Source: an uncultured Caulobacteraceae bacterium
GTDB lineage: Bacteria > Pseudomonadota > Alphaproteobacteria > Caulobacterales > Caulobacteraceae
Reading direction: 5' to 3'
Length of the DNA stretch: 64,000 bases
Assembly (NCBI GenBank): GCA_903870555.1
Contig: CAIQDO010000170.1
Location: 1,067 to 65,066, forward strand
Made by a program: the position numbers and the translations under genes. The notes under the pieces were generated by a model. It did not search any database. It was not told where the DNA came from and worked only from the letters and a program-made list of their open reading frames with translations. Positions 27,848 to 36,529 of the stretch are shown piece after piece. Position 1 is the stretch's first letter. Every line of letters begins with the position of its first letter.

Positions 27848-30565
27848 ATGTCAAAGAAAATGCTGATAGACGCGGCCCACCCGGAAGAGACCCGGGTCGT
27901 CGTCCTTAACGGGAACCGCGTAGAAGATTTCGATTTCGAGAGCCGAGCGAAGAAACAGCTCCGTGGTAATATCTACCTGGCCAAGGTTACGAGGGTAGAG
28001 CCCAGCCTGCAGGCCGCCTTCGTCGAATACGGCGGCAACCGGCATGGATTTCTGGCGTTCAACGAAATCCACCCGGACTACTATCAAATTCCGCATGCCG
28101 ACCGCGAAGCCCTGCTGCGCGAGGCGGAAGCCGACGACGACGAACCGAACCTGCCGGCCCCGGCTCGCCTGGGCGAGGACGGCGCCGAGGAACTCGGCGG
28201 CGACGACGAAGACGAGATGGACGAAGAGGTCGCCCGGCGCCGTCGGCGGCTGATGCGCCGCTACAAGATCCAGGAAGTCATCAAGCGCCGGCAGATTATG
28301 CTGGTGCAGGTCGTCAAGGAGGAGCGCGGCAACAAGGGCGCCGCCCTGACCACCTACCTCTCCCTGGCCGGTCGCTATTGCGTGTTGATGCCCAACACCG
28401 ACCGTGGCGGCGGCATCAGCCGGAAGATCACCACTGTCACGGACCGCAAGCGTCTGCGCTCCATCGTCGCCGACCTGGACGTCCCGGAAGGCATGGGCCT
28501 GATCGTTCGCACCGCCGGCGCCAAGCGGACCAAGGCCGAGATCAAGCGGGACTACGAGTACCTGTCGCGCGCCTGGACCAACATCCGCGACACGACCCTG
28601 CATTCGGTGGCCCCGGCGCTGATCTATGAGGAAGAGGATCTGGTCAAGCGGGCGATCCGGGACCTCTACGACAAGGATATCGACGCGATCTGGGTCGAGG
28701 GCGAAGCGGGCTTCCGCGAAGCGCGCGATTTCATGCGCATGCTGATGCCGTCCCAGGCCAAGAAGATCCAATATTACCGTGGCGCGGCGCCGCTTTTCGT
28801 CGCCCACAAGATCGAAGACCACCTGGCCCAGATCTATTCGGCCACGGTGCCCCTGCGCTCCGGCGGCTATCTGGTGATCAACCAGACCGAGGCCCTGGTC
28901 GCGGTCGATGTGAACTCAGGCCGGGCGACCAAGGAACGCAACATCGAGGCGACGGCCCTCAAGACCAACCTCGAGGCCGCCGAAGAGACCGCCCGCCAGC
29001 TCCGTCTGCGCGACCTGGCCGGACTGATCGTGATCGACTTCATCGACATGGATGAGGGCAAGAACAACCGCGCCGTCGAGAAGGTGCTCAAGGACTGCCT
29101 GGCGCAGGACCGCGCCCGCATTCAGATGGGTCGGATTTCCTCGTTCGGCCTGATGGAAATCAGCCGCCAACGTCGACGCACTGGCATCCTCGAAGGCACC
29201 ACCCACGTCTGCCCCCATTGCGCCGGCGCCGGGCGCGTTCGATCGGTGGAATCCAGCGCCCTGGCGGCCTTGCGCGCGGTCGAGCTCGAAGCGCTCAGCG
29301 GCGGCGGCGAGGTCATCCTGCGCGTCCCGCGCGACGTCGGCCTCTACATCCTCAACAACAAGCGCGAATATCTGACGCGCCTTCTGCGAAGCCACGGCCT
29401 TTTTGTAAGCGTCGTGATCGAGGAAGCCCTCGCCCACGCCGACCACGAAATCGAACGCACCTCCAGCGTGCCGCATGAGATCGACCGCAGTTGGGAAAGT
29501 CCCGACGCCGCGGCCTGGCTCAACGACGACTATGAGGACGTCGAGGACGAGGACGAAGACGAGGAAGACGACGATGAGCCGATCGCCTCCGACGACGAGG
29601 AGGACGCCGTCGCCGAGGCGGAAGACGAGGATGACGACGACGACACCGAAGCGAATGCCGGGGACGTCGCCGTTGGGGAAAGCGCGTCGGACGACGACGC
29701 GGGTCGTCGCCGCAATCGCCGTCGCCGGCGGGGTCGCCGGGGGGATGAATCCCGCGTCGCAACGCCTGATGCGCCGACGGCGCCGACGCCCGCCGTCGCC
29801 GATAGCGAATTTGAAACCGACGCCGGGGGACGTCGTCGTCGGCGAGGCCGCCGCGGCGGTCGCCGCGTCCGCGACGACGCCCAGGCCACGGATGTCTACG
29901 CGTGGTCCTGGCCGGCTCGTCTGAGCGGCGACGACCCCTACGAATGGCGTGGTCCGATCCGCGAGATCGAGGCCGTTGTGGAGGCGCCCGTCGCCGCGGA
30001 CTCCGCGCCGCCGATCTCTGTCGCCGTGATCGAGGCGTTGGTGGAGGCGCCGAGTCTGGGTCCGATCCCCTCGGAAACACCCGCCGAAGATTCAGGCGCC
30101 TCGACGTCAGAGTCGCCCACACCCTCCGGCTTGACGGTGCTCGATCACCCGACCGCCGATGGGACGCCAGCGTTCAGCCAACCCCTGGAAGACGCCTGGG
30201 TCGAGTTGCCCGCGGTCATGGAAAAGCCGGCCAAGGCCCGTCGCTCCCGGAGTCGCGGCAAGGCGGCGCCCGTCGAGTCTCCGGCCGAGGTCGTTCCGAC
30301 CGATGCCAGCCCGGCCGATGTCGTTGAGGCGGTCGCCGCGGCGCCGGAGCCCGAACCCGCGTCGGCGGCCCCAATCGTCACTACGACCGCGCCCGAACCT
30401 CAGCCCGAGCCTGAACCTAAGCCGGCAGCCGCCGCCGTAGCCGAGCCGGCGCCAGAGGCGGCGGTCGAGGTCCCGGCTGCGCCGCCGACTCCGGTCATCG
30501 ACCCGGCGGAGATCGCCGCGCCTCCGGCGGCGCCCCGCAAGGGCTGGTGGCGCCGCGGCGCCTGA
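27848..30565 (+). CDS. rne: Ribonuclease E
   Basis: MSKKMLIDAAHPEETRV, GNRHGFL, DVNSG, CPHC; disordered charge-block C-terminus ending KGWWRR. Start placed at ATG 27848. Confidence 0.96.
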   Translation: MSKKMLIDAAHPEETRVVVLNGNRVEDFDFESRAKKQLRGNIYLAKVTRVEPSLQAAFVEYGGNRHGFLAFNEIHPDYYQIPHADREALLREAEADDDEPNLPAPARLGEDGAEELGGDDEDEMDEEVARRRRRLMRRYKIQEVIKRRQIMLVQVVKEERGNKGAALTTYLSLAGRYCVLMPNTDRGGGISRKITTVTDRKRLRSIVADLDVPEGMGLIVRTAGAKRTKAEIKRDYEYLSRAWTNIRDTTLHSVAPALIYEEEDLVKRAIRDLYDKDIDAIWVEGEAGFREARDFMRMLMPSQAKKIQYYRGAAPLFVAHKIEDHLAQIYSATVPLRSGGYLVINQTEALVAVDVNSGRATKERNIEATALKTNLEAAEETARQLRLRDLAGLIVIDFIDMDEGKNNRAVEKVLKDCLAQDRARIQMGRISSFGLMEISRQRRRTGILEGTTHVCPHCAGAGRVRSVESSALAALRAVELEALSGGGEVILRVPRDVGLYILNNKREYLTRLLRSHGLFVSVVIEEALAHADHEIERTSSVPHEIDRSWESPDAAAWLNDDYEDVEDEDEDEEDDDEPIASDDEEDAVAEAEDEDDDDDTEANAGDVAVGESASDDDAGRRRNRRRRRGRRGDESRVATPDAPTAPTPAVADSEFETDAGGRRRRRGRRGGRRVRDDAQATDVYAWSWPARLSGDDPYEWRGPIREIEAVVEAPVAADSAPPISVAVIEALVEAPSLGPIPSETPAEDSGASTSESPTPSGLTVLDHPTADGTPAFSQPLEDAWVELPAVMEKPAKARRSRSRGKAAPVESPAEVVPTDASPADVVEAVAAAPEPEPASAAPIVTTTAPEPQPEPEPKPAAAAVAEPAPEAAVEVPAAPPTPVIDPAEIAAPPAAPRKGWWRRGA

Positions 30566-30572
30566 ACCTGAA

Positions 30573-30612
30573 CTCAAAAGGACTCCGGCCAGCCGGCCGG
30601 GGTCCCTTTGAG
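30573..30612 (+). terminator. Long hairpin after rne, probable terminator
   Basis: CTCAAAAGGACTCCGGCC-AGCC-GGCCGGGGTCCCTTTGAG, 18-bp stem with one mismatch and one G-U pair; weak U tail. Confidence 0.65.
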
Positions 30613-30702
30613 GACTGGACTTCCGCCCCCGGCCCCGGTTGACTGAGCGGCAAGAGAGTCCTGAAACGGGGGCTGAGCGGGGAATCGATTGAAAGGCTGA
30701 CA

Positions 30703-32100
30703 TTGACCGCCCGCAAGCCGTTTGGACCTCTCGCGACAGCCATCGCCTTCGCCGCCGTCATCGGCGTCGTTCTCCCCCCCGCAAGCCCGGCCTGGGCGCA
30801 GAGCGATCCGGGGATTTCGATCATCCGCGACACCGAAATCGAGGAGATCCTGCATCAGGACGCCGACCCGATCTTCGTCGCCGCGGGCCTGTCTCCCCAG
30901 GCGGTTCAGATCCACATCATCTCGGATCCTCAGCTCAACGCTTTTTCGGCCGGCGGCCAACAGCTGTTCATCAACACCGGTCTGATCGTCGAGACCAAGT
31001 CCCCCAACCAACTGGTCGGCGTCATCGCCCATGAAACCGGCCACATTGCCGGCGGCCACATCGCCCGCTCCGGCGCCATGGGCCGGGCGGCCCTTGGCCC
31101 AACCCTGGTCGGCATAGGGCTGGGCGTGCTCGCGGCGATTGCCGGCGCCCCTGACGCCGCCGCCGCGCTGGTGTTCTCCTCCAGCTATTTCGGCGAGATC
31201 AACATGCTCGGCTATTCGCGCGAGCAGGAATCCCGGGCCGACCAGGCCGCCGCCACCTACCTGGAGACCGCGGGGCTCTCGGGTCGTGGCCTGGTCGAAT
31301 TTTTCAATAATTTCCGCTATCAGGAGGTCTTCGACGACGAGAAGAAGTTCCCCTTCTTCCGTGACCACCCCCTGACCGACGACCGCATCGAAGCCCTCAC
31401 CGCCCGCGTCGAACGGCAGCCCCACTACGGCGCCGAAGACGGCGCCGCCTCGCTCGACCGCCACGCGGTTATGAAGGCCAAACTCGAAGGCTTCCTGAAC
31501 GGCAGCGTCCAGGTGCTGGTCGACTACCCCGCGAGCGACACCTCGTTCCCAGCGCGCTACGCCCGAGCCATCGCGCTTTATCGAGACACCGAGACCGAAC
31601 CGGCCCTGAAGGCGATCGACGCCATGATCGCGGATTGGCCCAGCAATCCTTATCTCTGGGAGCTCAAAGGCCAGGTGCTGTTCGAGGCGGGGCGGGCAAA
31701 AGAGGCTGAACCGGCTCACCGTCGTTCGGTGGAGCTGAAACCCGCGGCAGCCTTGCTGCGAATCAATCTCGGCCAGACTCTGATCGCGGTCAACGATCCG
31801 GTGAAACTGGACGAGGCCGTCGCCCAGGTTCGGCGGGCGCTGTCGATCGAACCGGACAACGCGCTGGGCTGGCGGCTGCTTTCGGAGGCCTATGACGCGA
31901 AATCGATGCCAGGCATGGCTCGCCTGGCCGCGGCCGAGCAGAATTTCTACCTCGGCCAGCTTCTCGAGGCGCGAACCTTCGCCGTTCATGCCCGCGAGAT
32001 GCTGAAGAAGGATTCGCCCGAATGGCGGCGCGCGACCGATATCATCCTCGCCTCCAAGCCGTCCGCGGCGCAGCTCAAAGAATTGGGAGTGACAGGATGA
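30703..32100 (+). CDS. M48 metalloprotease with TPRs (BepA/YfgC-like)
   Basis: Signal peptide; HETGH, YSREQESRAD, DHPLT; TPR-like C-half. Confidence 0.9.
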   Translation: MTARKPFGPLATAIAFAAVIGVVLPPASPAWAQSDPGISIIRDTEIEEILHQDADPIFVAAGLSPQAVQIHIISDPQLNAFSAGGQQLFINTGLIVETKSPNQLVGVIAHETGHIAGGHIARSGAMGRAALGPTLVGIGLGVLAAIAGAPDAAAALVFSSSYFGEINMLGYSREQESRADQAAATYLETAGLSGRGLVEFFNNFRYQEVFDDEKKFPFFRDHPLTDDRIEALTARVERQPHYGAEDGAASLDRHAVMKAKLEGFLNGSVQVLVDYPASDTSFPARYARAIALYRDTETEPALKAIDAMIADWPSNPYLWELKGQVLFEAGRAKEAEPAHRRSVELKPAAALLRINLGQTLIAVNDPVKLDEAVAQVRRALSIEPDNALGWRLLSEAYDAKSMPGMARLAAAEQNFYLGQLLEARTFAVHAREMLKKDSPEWRRATDIILASKPSAAQLKELGVTG

Positions 32101-32828
32101 AGCCCGCCACTCTCCTGGTCCTGCTGGCGCTTGCCGGCCTGCCCCTGACCGCCTGCCAGAAACCGGACGACGCGGCCTTCGGTCAGCGGGTTCGGGCCTA
32201 CCTGCTGAGCCATCCTGAGGTGCTCCAGGAAGTCGCCCAGAGACTTGACGCGCGGCAGGCCGCGGCGGAAGCCAACGATCAGCGTCGCGCCCAGGCGCTG
32301 CTTCCGAGTTTACGGCCGGCAATAGAGCGCGATCCGCGGGACTTCGTCGCCAACCCGGGCGGCGCGATCACCGTCACCGAGTTCTATGACTATCGCTGCC
32401 CACATTGTGCAGAGGCCGCACCGAGGGTGGTGGCCCTGATCCAGGCCAATCCGGACGTCCGGTTCGTGTTCAAGGAAATGCCGATCTTCGGGCCGACGTC
32501 CGAGCACGCCGCGCGCGCGGCCCTGGCCATCAAGACAGCCCATGGCGACTCCCTGGGGGCCTATCAGGCCTTCATGAACGCCCGCCCGCTCGACGACGCC
32601 GCCATCGACCGCATCGCCCTGCGGAACGGCGCGCGCCCGGCTGACCTGAGACCGGGCGCCGCGCCCGCCGTCAACGCCCAGTTGGCCCAGACCGCCGCGC
32701 TGTTCACCAAACTGTCGCTCGGCGGCACGCCGGCGTTCATTGTCGGCGACAGCATCATCCTTGGCGCCGACATGCCCGCGGTCGACATCGCCATCGCCCG
32801 AACCCGGGCCAAGGCGCGCGGCGCCTGA
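32097..32828 (+). CDS. DsbA-family thiol-disulfide oxidoreductase lipoprotein
   Basis: Lipobox LTAC; EFYDYRCPHC; GTPAF; ATGA overlap with the M48 stop. Confidence 0.9.
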   Translation: MKPATLLVLLALAGLPLTACQKPDDAAFGQRVRAYLLSHPEVLQEVAQRLDARQAAAEANDQRRAQALLPSLRPAIERDPRDFVANPGGAITVTEFYDYRCPHCAEAAPRVVALIQANPDVRFVFKEMPIFGPTSEHAARAALAIKTAHGDSLGAYQAFMNARPLDDAAIDRIALRNGARPADLRPGAAPAVNAQLAQTAALFTKLSLGGTPAFIVGDSIILGADMPAVDIAIARTRAKARGA

Positions 32829-32834
32829 AGCGCC

Positions 32835-33233
32835 TCAGCCGACGCGCGCCTGATTGAGCGCCTGGCCGGCGACCGCGCCAATCCACACGGCGACAATGCA
32901 GGCGACCACCGACACGGCGATGTTGCCGGCGGCGCCGGCCAGTTCGCCGCCTCGGATCAGGTTGAGGGTCTGCAGGCTGAAGGATGAGAAGGTGGTGTAG
33001 CCGCCGCAAACCCCGATCAACAGGAACTGGCGCACATCCGGCGGCGTCAGGACCCGCCCCTCGGGGCCGGTGGTCACCGCCAGAACGCCGATGACAAAGC
33101 AGCCTGTGACATTGACGATGATCGTGCCCCAAGGAAACGTTTCGCCGACCATCCGCGCCACCGCCCCGGAAAGAGCGTAGCGGGCCACGGATCCCAGCGC
33201 TCCGCCAAGAGCGATCCAGAGGTAGGTGATCAC
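32835..33233 (-). CDS. crcB: Fluoride channel Fluc/CrcB
   Basis: GGALGSVARY, FPWGTIIVNVTGCF, GVCGGYTTFSSF. Confidence 0.95.
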   Translation of the reverse strand: MITYLWIALGGALGSVARYALSGAVARMVGETFPWGTIIVNVTGCFVIGVLAVTTGPEGRVLTPPDVRQFLLIGVCGGYTTFSSFSLQTLNLIRGGELAGAAGNIAVSVVACIVAVWIGAVAGQALNQARVG

Positions 33234-33583
33234 GCGCCTTCCGTCCCGTCGGTGGCCCTGCCGTCATGAAGGACTTCCACACGCTCAAGGGTGACCAAAC
33301 CGATGTCGGGAATGTGGGCGATGGCGGAGGCGAAGGCGCGAAGAGCGAGGTCGTCGTCGACGATCTCGATCACCAGGGGCAGGTTGGCCGAAAGATCGAG
33401 AATCTTGGCGGTGTGAAGCCGGTGAGACACGCCAAATCCCATCGGTCCCCGAAGCACCGTCGCCCCGGCTAACCCACGGTCTCGGGCCTGAAGGACCAGA
33501 GCCTCATAGAGCGGGCGACCACCGTCGCGGGCGCCCTCGTCGGTGTAGATTCGCAGCAGCGCCGCAGCCTGAGGAGCGTTCAC
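33230..33583 (-). CDS. DUF190 family protein (PII-like fold)
   Basis: LLRIYTDE...LAGATVLRGPMGFG...HTAKILDLSANLPLVIEIVD; GTG 33583 with SD GGAGAAGG; overlaps the crcB start. Confidence 0.88.
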   Translation of the reverse strand: MNAPQAAALLRIYTDEGARDGGRPLYEALVLQARDRGLAGATVLRGPMGFGVSHRLHTAKILDLSANLPLVIEIVDDDLALRAFASAIAHIPDIGLVTLERVEVLHDGRATDGTEGA

Positions 33584-33651
33584 GATCGCAATCCTTCTCC
33601 GCCGAACATCGTCCTGACTACTCGTCCTCGGCCATGGGGTCGACGGGGATT

Positions 33652-34485
33652 TCAGAAACGATGCGACAGCCCCAGATAGACCTGGGCCGCGGGCGTCTGA
33701 CGGTTGAGACCGAAGTTCACGCCGCCGTCCCATTGCCAGTTCGAGGCCTGGACCGGAATGAAGGCGGCGCCCAGGTCCGCCGACACCTGGGTCCGCGTCG
33801 CCCCCGGACCGAAGTCGCGATCGGTCCACAATTCAGCCGAAAGGGTCAGGGTTTTCGAAACGCCCCGGCTCAGGCTGAGCAGGCCGGAGGCGTTGAGATG
33901 GCGACCGTCGTTGGCGGCGTTCTTGAGCACATCGACCTCCGGGTCGATCACCAGCGACCAGCCCGCCGGTAGGTTGAGGTTGACCGGCGCGATCAGGCCG
34001 CCTTCGACCGCCCCGTTGCCGACGCCAACCCTCGCCGTCGGCAGTTTCACATAGGGACTGAGCCCAACGGCGACCGGCCCGCCGGACTCGCCCAACAGGC
34101 TCCACTTGAGCCGGAGCGACAGGTCGCCTACCCCCGAAACGCGGCTCACCTGCCCCGTGGAGCGATCCCGCGTCCGGACAGAGACAAGCGGCGCGAGATT
34201 GATCTCGCCATCCAGCGTATCGGTCAGGCCCAACTTGATCGTCGGATTGGTCGCCAGCCAGGTGACCGTGGTCTGACCGCCGCTCCGGTCGACAGTGACA
34301 TTGAACAGATCCGATTCGACCTGAACGTGACCGGCGTCGACAGTGCAGGGCGAGGTCGATTTGGTCGGGCGATCCGTGCACAGCGGTCTGAGCGTGGCGG
34401 TCTGGCCGCCGTCCGCGAAGGCTGTCGACCCGATTGTCGCCATGACCAGCCCGAGGACACAAGCCAACCCCAGCCGAATGGTCAT
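33652..34485 (-). CDS. Putative outer-membrane beta-barrel transporter (phenol MetA-degradation-like family)
   Basis: Signal peptide; DRPTKSTSPCTVDAGHVQVE N-terminus; alternating amphipathic strands; terminal aromatic residue (SHRF). Confidence 0.75.
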   Translation of the reverse strand: MTIRLGLACVLGLVMATIGSTAFADGGQTATLRPLCTDRPTKSTSPCTVDAGHVQVESDLFNVTVDRSGGQTTVTWLATNPTIKLGLTDTLDGEINLAPLVSVRTRDRSTGQVSRVSGVGDLSLRLKWSLLGESGGPVAVGLSPYVKLPTARVGVGNGAVEGGLIAPVNLNLPAGWSLVIDPEVDVLKNAANDGRHLNASGLLSLSRGVSKTLTLSAELWTDRDFGPGATRTQVSADLGAAFIPVQASNWQWDGGVNFGLNRQTPAAQVYLGLSHRF

Positions 34486-34495
34486 CGATGATCTC

Positions 34496-34537
34496 CCGTT
34501 GCAACGGCCTTATGGCACAGTCGGGCCTGGCGGTCAG
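34496..34537 (-). promoter_or_regulatory. Candidate sigma70 promoter with overlapping palindromic operator
   Basis: CTGACC-N17-CATAAG on the minus strand, followed by the perfect palindrome CCGTTGCAACGG (34496-34507) next to the SD GGGAG. Confidence 0.45.
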
Positions 34538-34562
34538 GGGTCCGGACGACGTCGGAAACGGC

Positions 34563-35507
34563 TCAAGCGACCCGGTGCAACAGGGTGGCGCCCACGGCCA
34601 GCCTGCGACAGTTCTCCCGCGCGACCACGAGACTTCGCGACAGGGTCTCGGGCGTGAGCCAGGCCAGGTGCGGGGAGACCAGGACATTGGGGAGGGCGAA
34701 CAGCGGATTCTCCGCCGCCGCGGGCTCAACGGCGAAAACGTCAAGGCCCGCGCCACGCAGACGACCGGAGACAAGGGCGTCATGCAGGGCCGTCTCGTCG
34801 ACAAGCTCTCCGCGCGCGGTGTTGATCAGCACGGAGCCGGGCTTCATTCGCGTCATGGCCGCCTTCCCGATCAGGCCTCGGGTTTCGGTGGTGGCCGGCG
34901 CGTGCAGGGACACGATGTCCGATTCCGTCAGCAGGTCCTCAAGGGACAAGAAATCATAGGGCGCGTCGGATTTCGCGGAACGGGCGGTGTAGATCACCCG
35001 GGCGCCGAGGGCGGTCAGCACCGGCGCCAGGCGCCGGGCGGACGCGCCATAGCCGACCAGGCCGACAGTGCGGCCACCGATCTCGCCGGCCTGGTCAAGA
35101 ACCGTCAAGTCCGGCCGCCAGCCTTGTCCGGCGCGGGTCAGGGCGTCGAAATAGGCGGTCCGGCGAAGGACCCCGAACATCAGGGCCAGGGCCATTTCGG
35201 CGACAGCGGCGCTGTTGGTTCCCGGCATGTTCGCCACCGCGATCCCACGGGCGCGGGCGGCTTCCAGGTCGATGGTGTTGACGCCGACACCGATCTTCTG
35301 GATCAGGCGCAGGTTTGGCGCGCCTTCGATCACCGCGGCCGTCACGGGTCTGAGAACGTGCAGGAGAACCACGGCTTCGCGCATGGCCTCGGCGAAAGCC
35401 GCGTCGTCCGCCTCGTCGACGACTATCACAGGCTCACCGTCGGCGAAGGCCAAACGAATCTGATCGCGAAAGCCGGCGCTGGCGCGGTACTGCAAGACGA
35501 TCTTCAA
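34563..35507 (-). CDS. D-isomer-specific 2-hydroxyacid dehydrogenase
   Basis: GVGVNTIDL, VGLVGYGAS (GxGxxA variant), SLHAP, LINTARG, GLDVF, SPHLAW; TTG start overlaps the kinase stop. Confidence 0.92.
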   Translation of the reverse strand: MKIVLQYRASAGFRDQIRLAFADGEPVIVVDEADDAAFAEAMREAVVLLHVLRPVTAAVIEGAPNLRLIQKIGVGVNTIDLEAARARGIAVANMPGTNSAAVAEMALALMFGVLRRTAYFDALTRAGQGWRPDLTVLDQAGEIGGRTVGLVGYGASARRLAPVLTALGARVIYTARSAKSDAPYDFLSLEDLLTESDIVSLHAPATTETRGLIGKAAMTRMKPGSVLINTARGELVDETALHDALVSGRLRGAGLDVFAVEPAAAENPLFALPNVLVSPHLAWLTPETLSRSLVVARENCRRLAVGATLLHRVA

Positions 35508-36529
35508 GACGGTACGCGCCGCCGCCAGTGTTCGGCCAGCCGATCGAGGTCGAGGTCAGGTTCCGTCAGAAGGGCCTTCGCCTCCCGCCGCACCAGGGCC
35601 TTGTCGACCGCGTCGACGAGGTAGGGCGCCGGCGATTTGCCGTCGACGCGGGCCAGAAGCAGGGCGCTGACCAGGGCGGCGGCGCGGCGTTCGAGGCCGT
35701 CGATCGGCTCCCAGTCGACGCCCGCGGCGTAGGCTGTCCGCAGGCGCTCGAACGAGTCCATAACCGCCCGGCGATGAGACGCCAGCCAGACTGTCTTGAG
35801 CAACAGGTGGCTAAGGCAGAAGGCCAGATCAAAGGCGGGGTCGCCGTAGGTGACACATTCGGCGTCGAGGAACACCGGCCCGAGCGGCCCCATCAGGATG
35901 TTCTTGGGGCTGACGTCGCCGTGAACCAGGGCGATCCGGCGTGCGCCGAGGTCCGCCGCCAGGGCTTCCAGCCGCGGGGCGATATCGGGGTGACGCCGGG
36001 CTGTGAACAGCAGGAAGGGCGAAATGCGCAGGGCGAAGAAACAGTCGTCCGGCGGAAAGGCCGCGATCACCTCGGGCCGCCCGGCCGTGGCGGCGTGAAT
36101 CCGCGCGAGGTCGCGGCCGACCTCCCCGGCGAAGGCGGGGTCGACATGGCCGGCCGCCATGGCATCCTTCCACACCGGATGGGTCGCGGGCTCGAGGAAA
36201 CGCATGGCGAAGATCGAGGATTCAGGAACCTCGCAGACCACTTGCGGGGCCAACCTGGGATCGATGCCTCGCACCAGTTCCAGCCAACGCACCTCGCCGG
36301 CGGCGCGGGTCACCGGCGCCAGCCACTCGGCGGCGACCCGCAGACGCGGGATCGAGCGCTTGACCGCCCAAACCCGGCCATCCGCCGCCTCGACCCGGAA
36401 CACGTCCGACGACACCCCGCCCGCGAGGGGCGTCAGTGTCGCGCGCTCGCCGGCGGCCAGCAGGCCACAGGCGCGCAGAGCGTCCAGCAATCCCGATGGG
36501 TCGGCGGCGCCGGACGACGCGAAAGTCAT
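35504..36529 (-). CDS. APH/choline-kinase-superfamily phosphotransferase (methylthioribose-kinase-like)
   Basis: LAGGVSSDVF, AVKR, HGDVSPKNIL, FLDAECVTYGDPAFD. Substrate unknown. Confidence 0.82.
   Translation of the reverse strand: MTFASSGAADPSGLLDALRACGLLAAGERATLTPLAGGVSSDVFRVEAADGRVWAVKRSIPRLRVAAEWLAPVTRAAGEVRWLELVRGIDPRLAPQVVCEVPESSIFAMRFLEPATHPVWKDAMAAGHVDPAFAGEVGRDLARIHAATAGRPEVIAAFPPDDCFFALRISPFLLFTARRHPDIAPRLEALAADLGARRIALVHGDVSPKNILMGPLGPVFLDAECVTYGDPAFDLAFCLSHLLLKTVWLASHRRAVMDSFERLRTAYAAGVDWEPIDGLERRAAALVSALLLARVDGKSPAPYLVDAVDKALVRREAKALLTEPDLDLDRLAEHWRRRVPS

Noticed and set aside
29521-29650. GAC/GAG/GAA-rich repetitive DNA in rne as a repeat element
   Set aside because: Simply encodes the acidic block of the RNase E tail; no fixed unit or spacer pattern.
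34508-34562. Possible degenerate fluoride riboswitch (GACCGCCAGGC...)
   Set aside because: Lacks the GAUG and GCUGAUGAC cores; better explained as a promoter. An Infernal search would settle it.
35504-36529. Antibiotic-resistance call for the APH-fold kinase
   Set aside because: Only superfamily motifs are present; the metabolic context and HGDVSPKN motif do not indicate an aminoglycoside-modifying enzyme.
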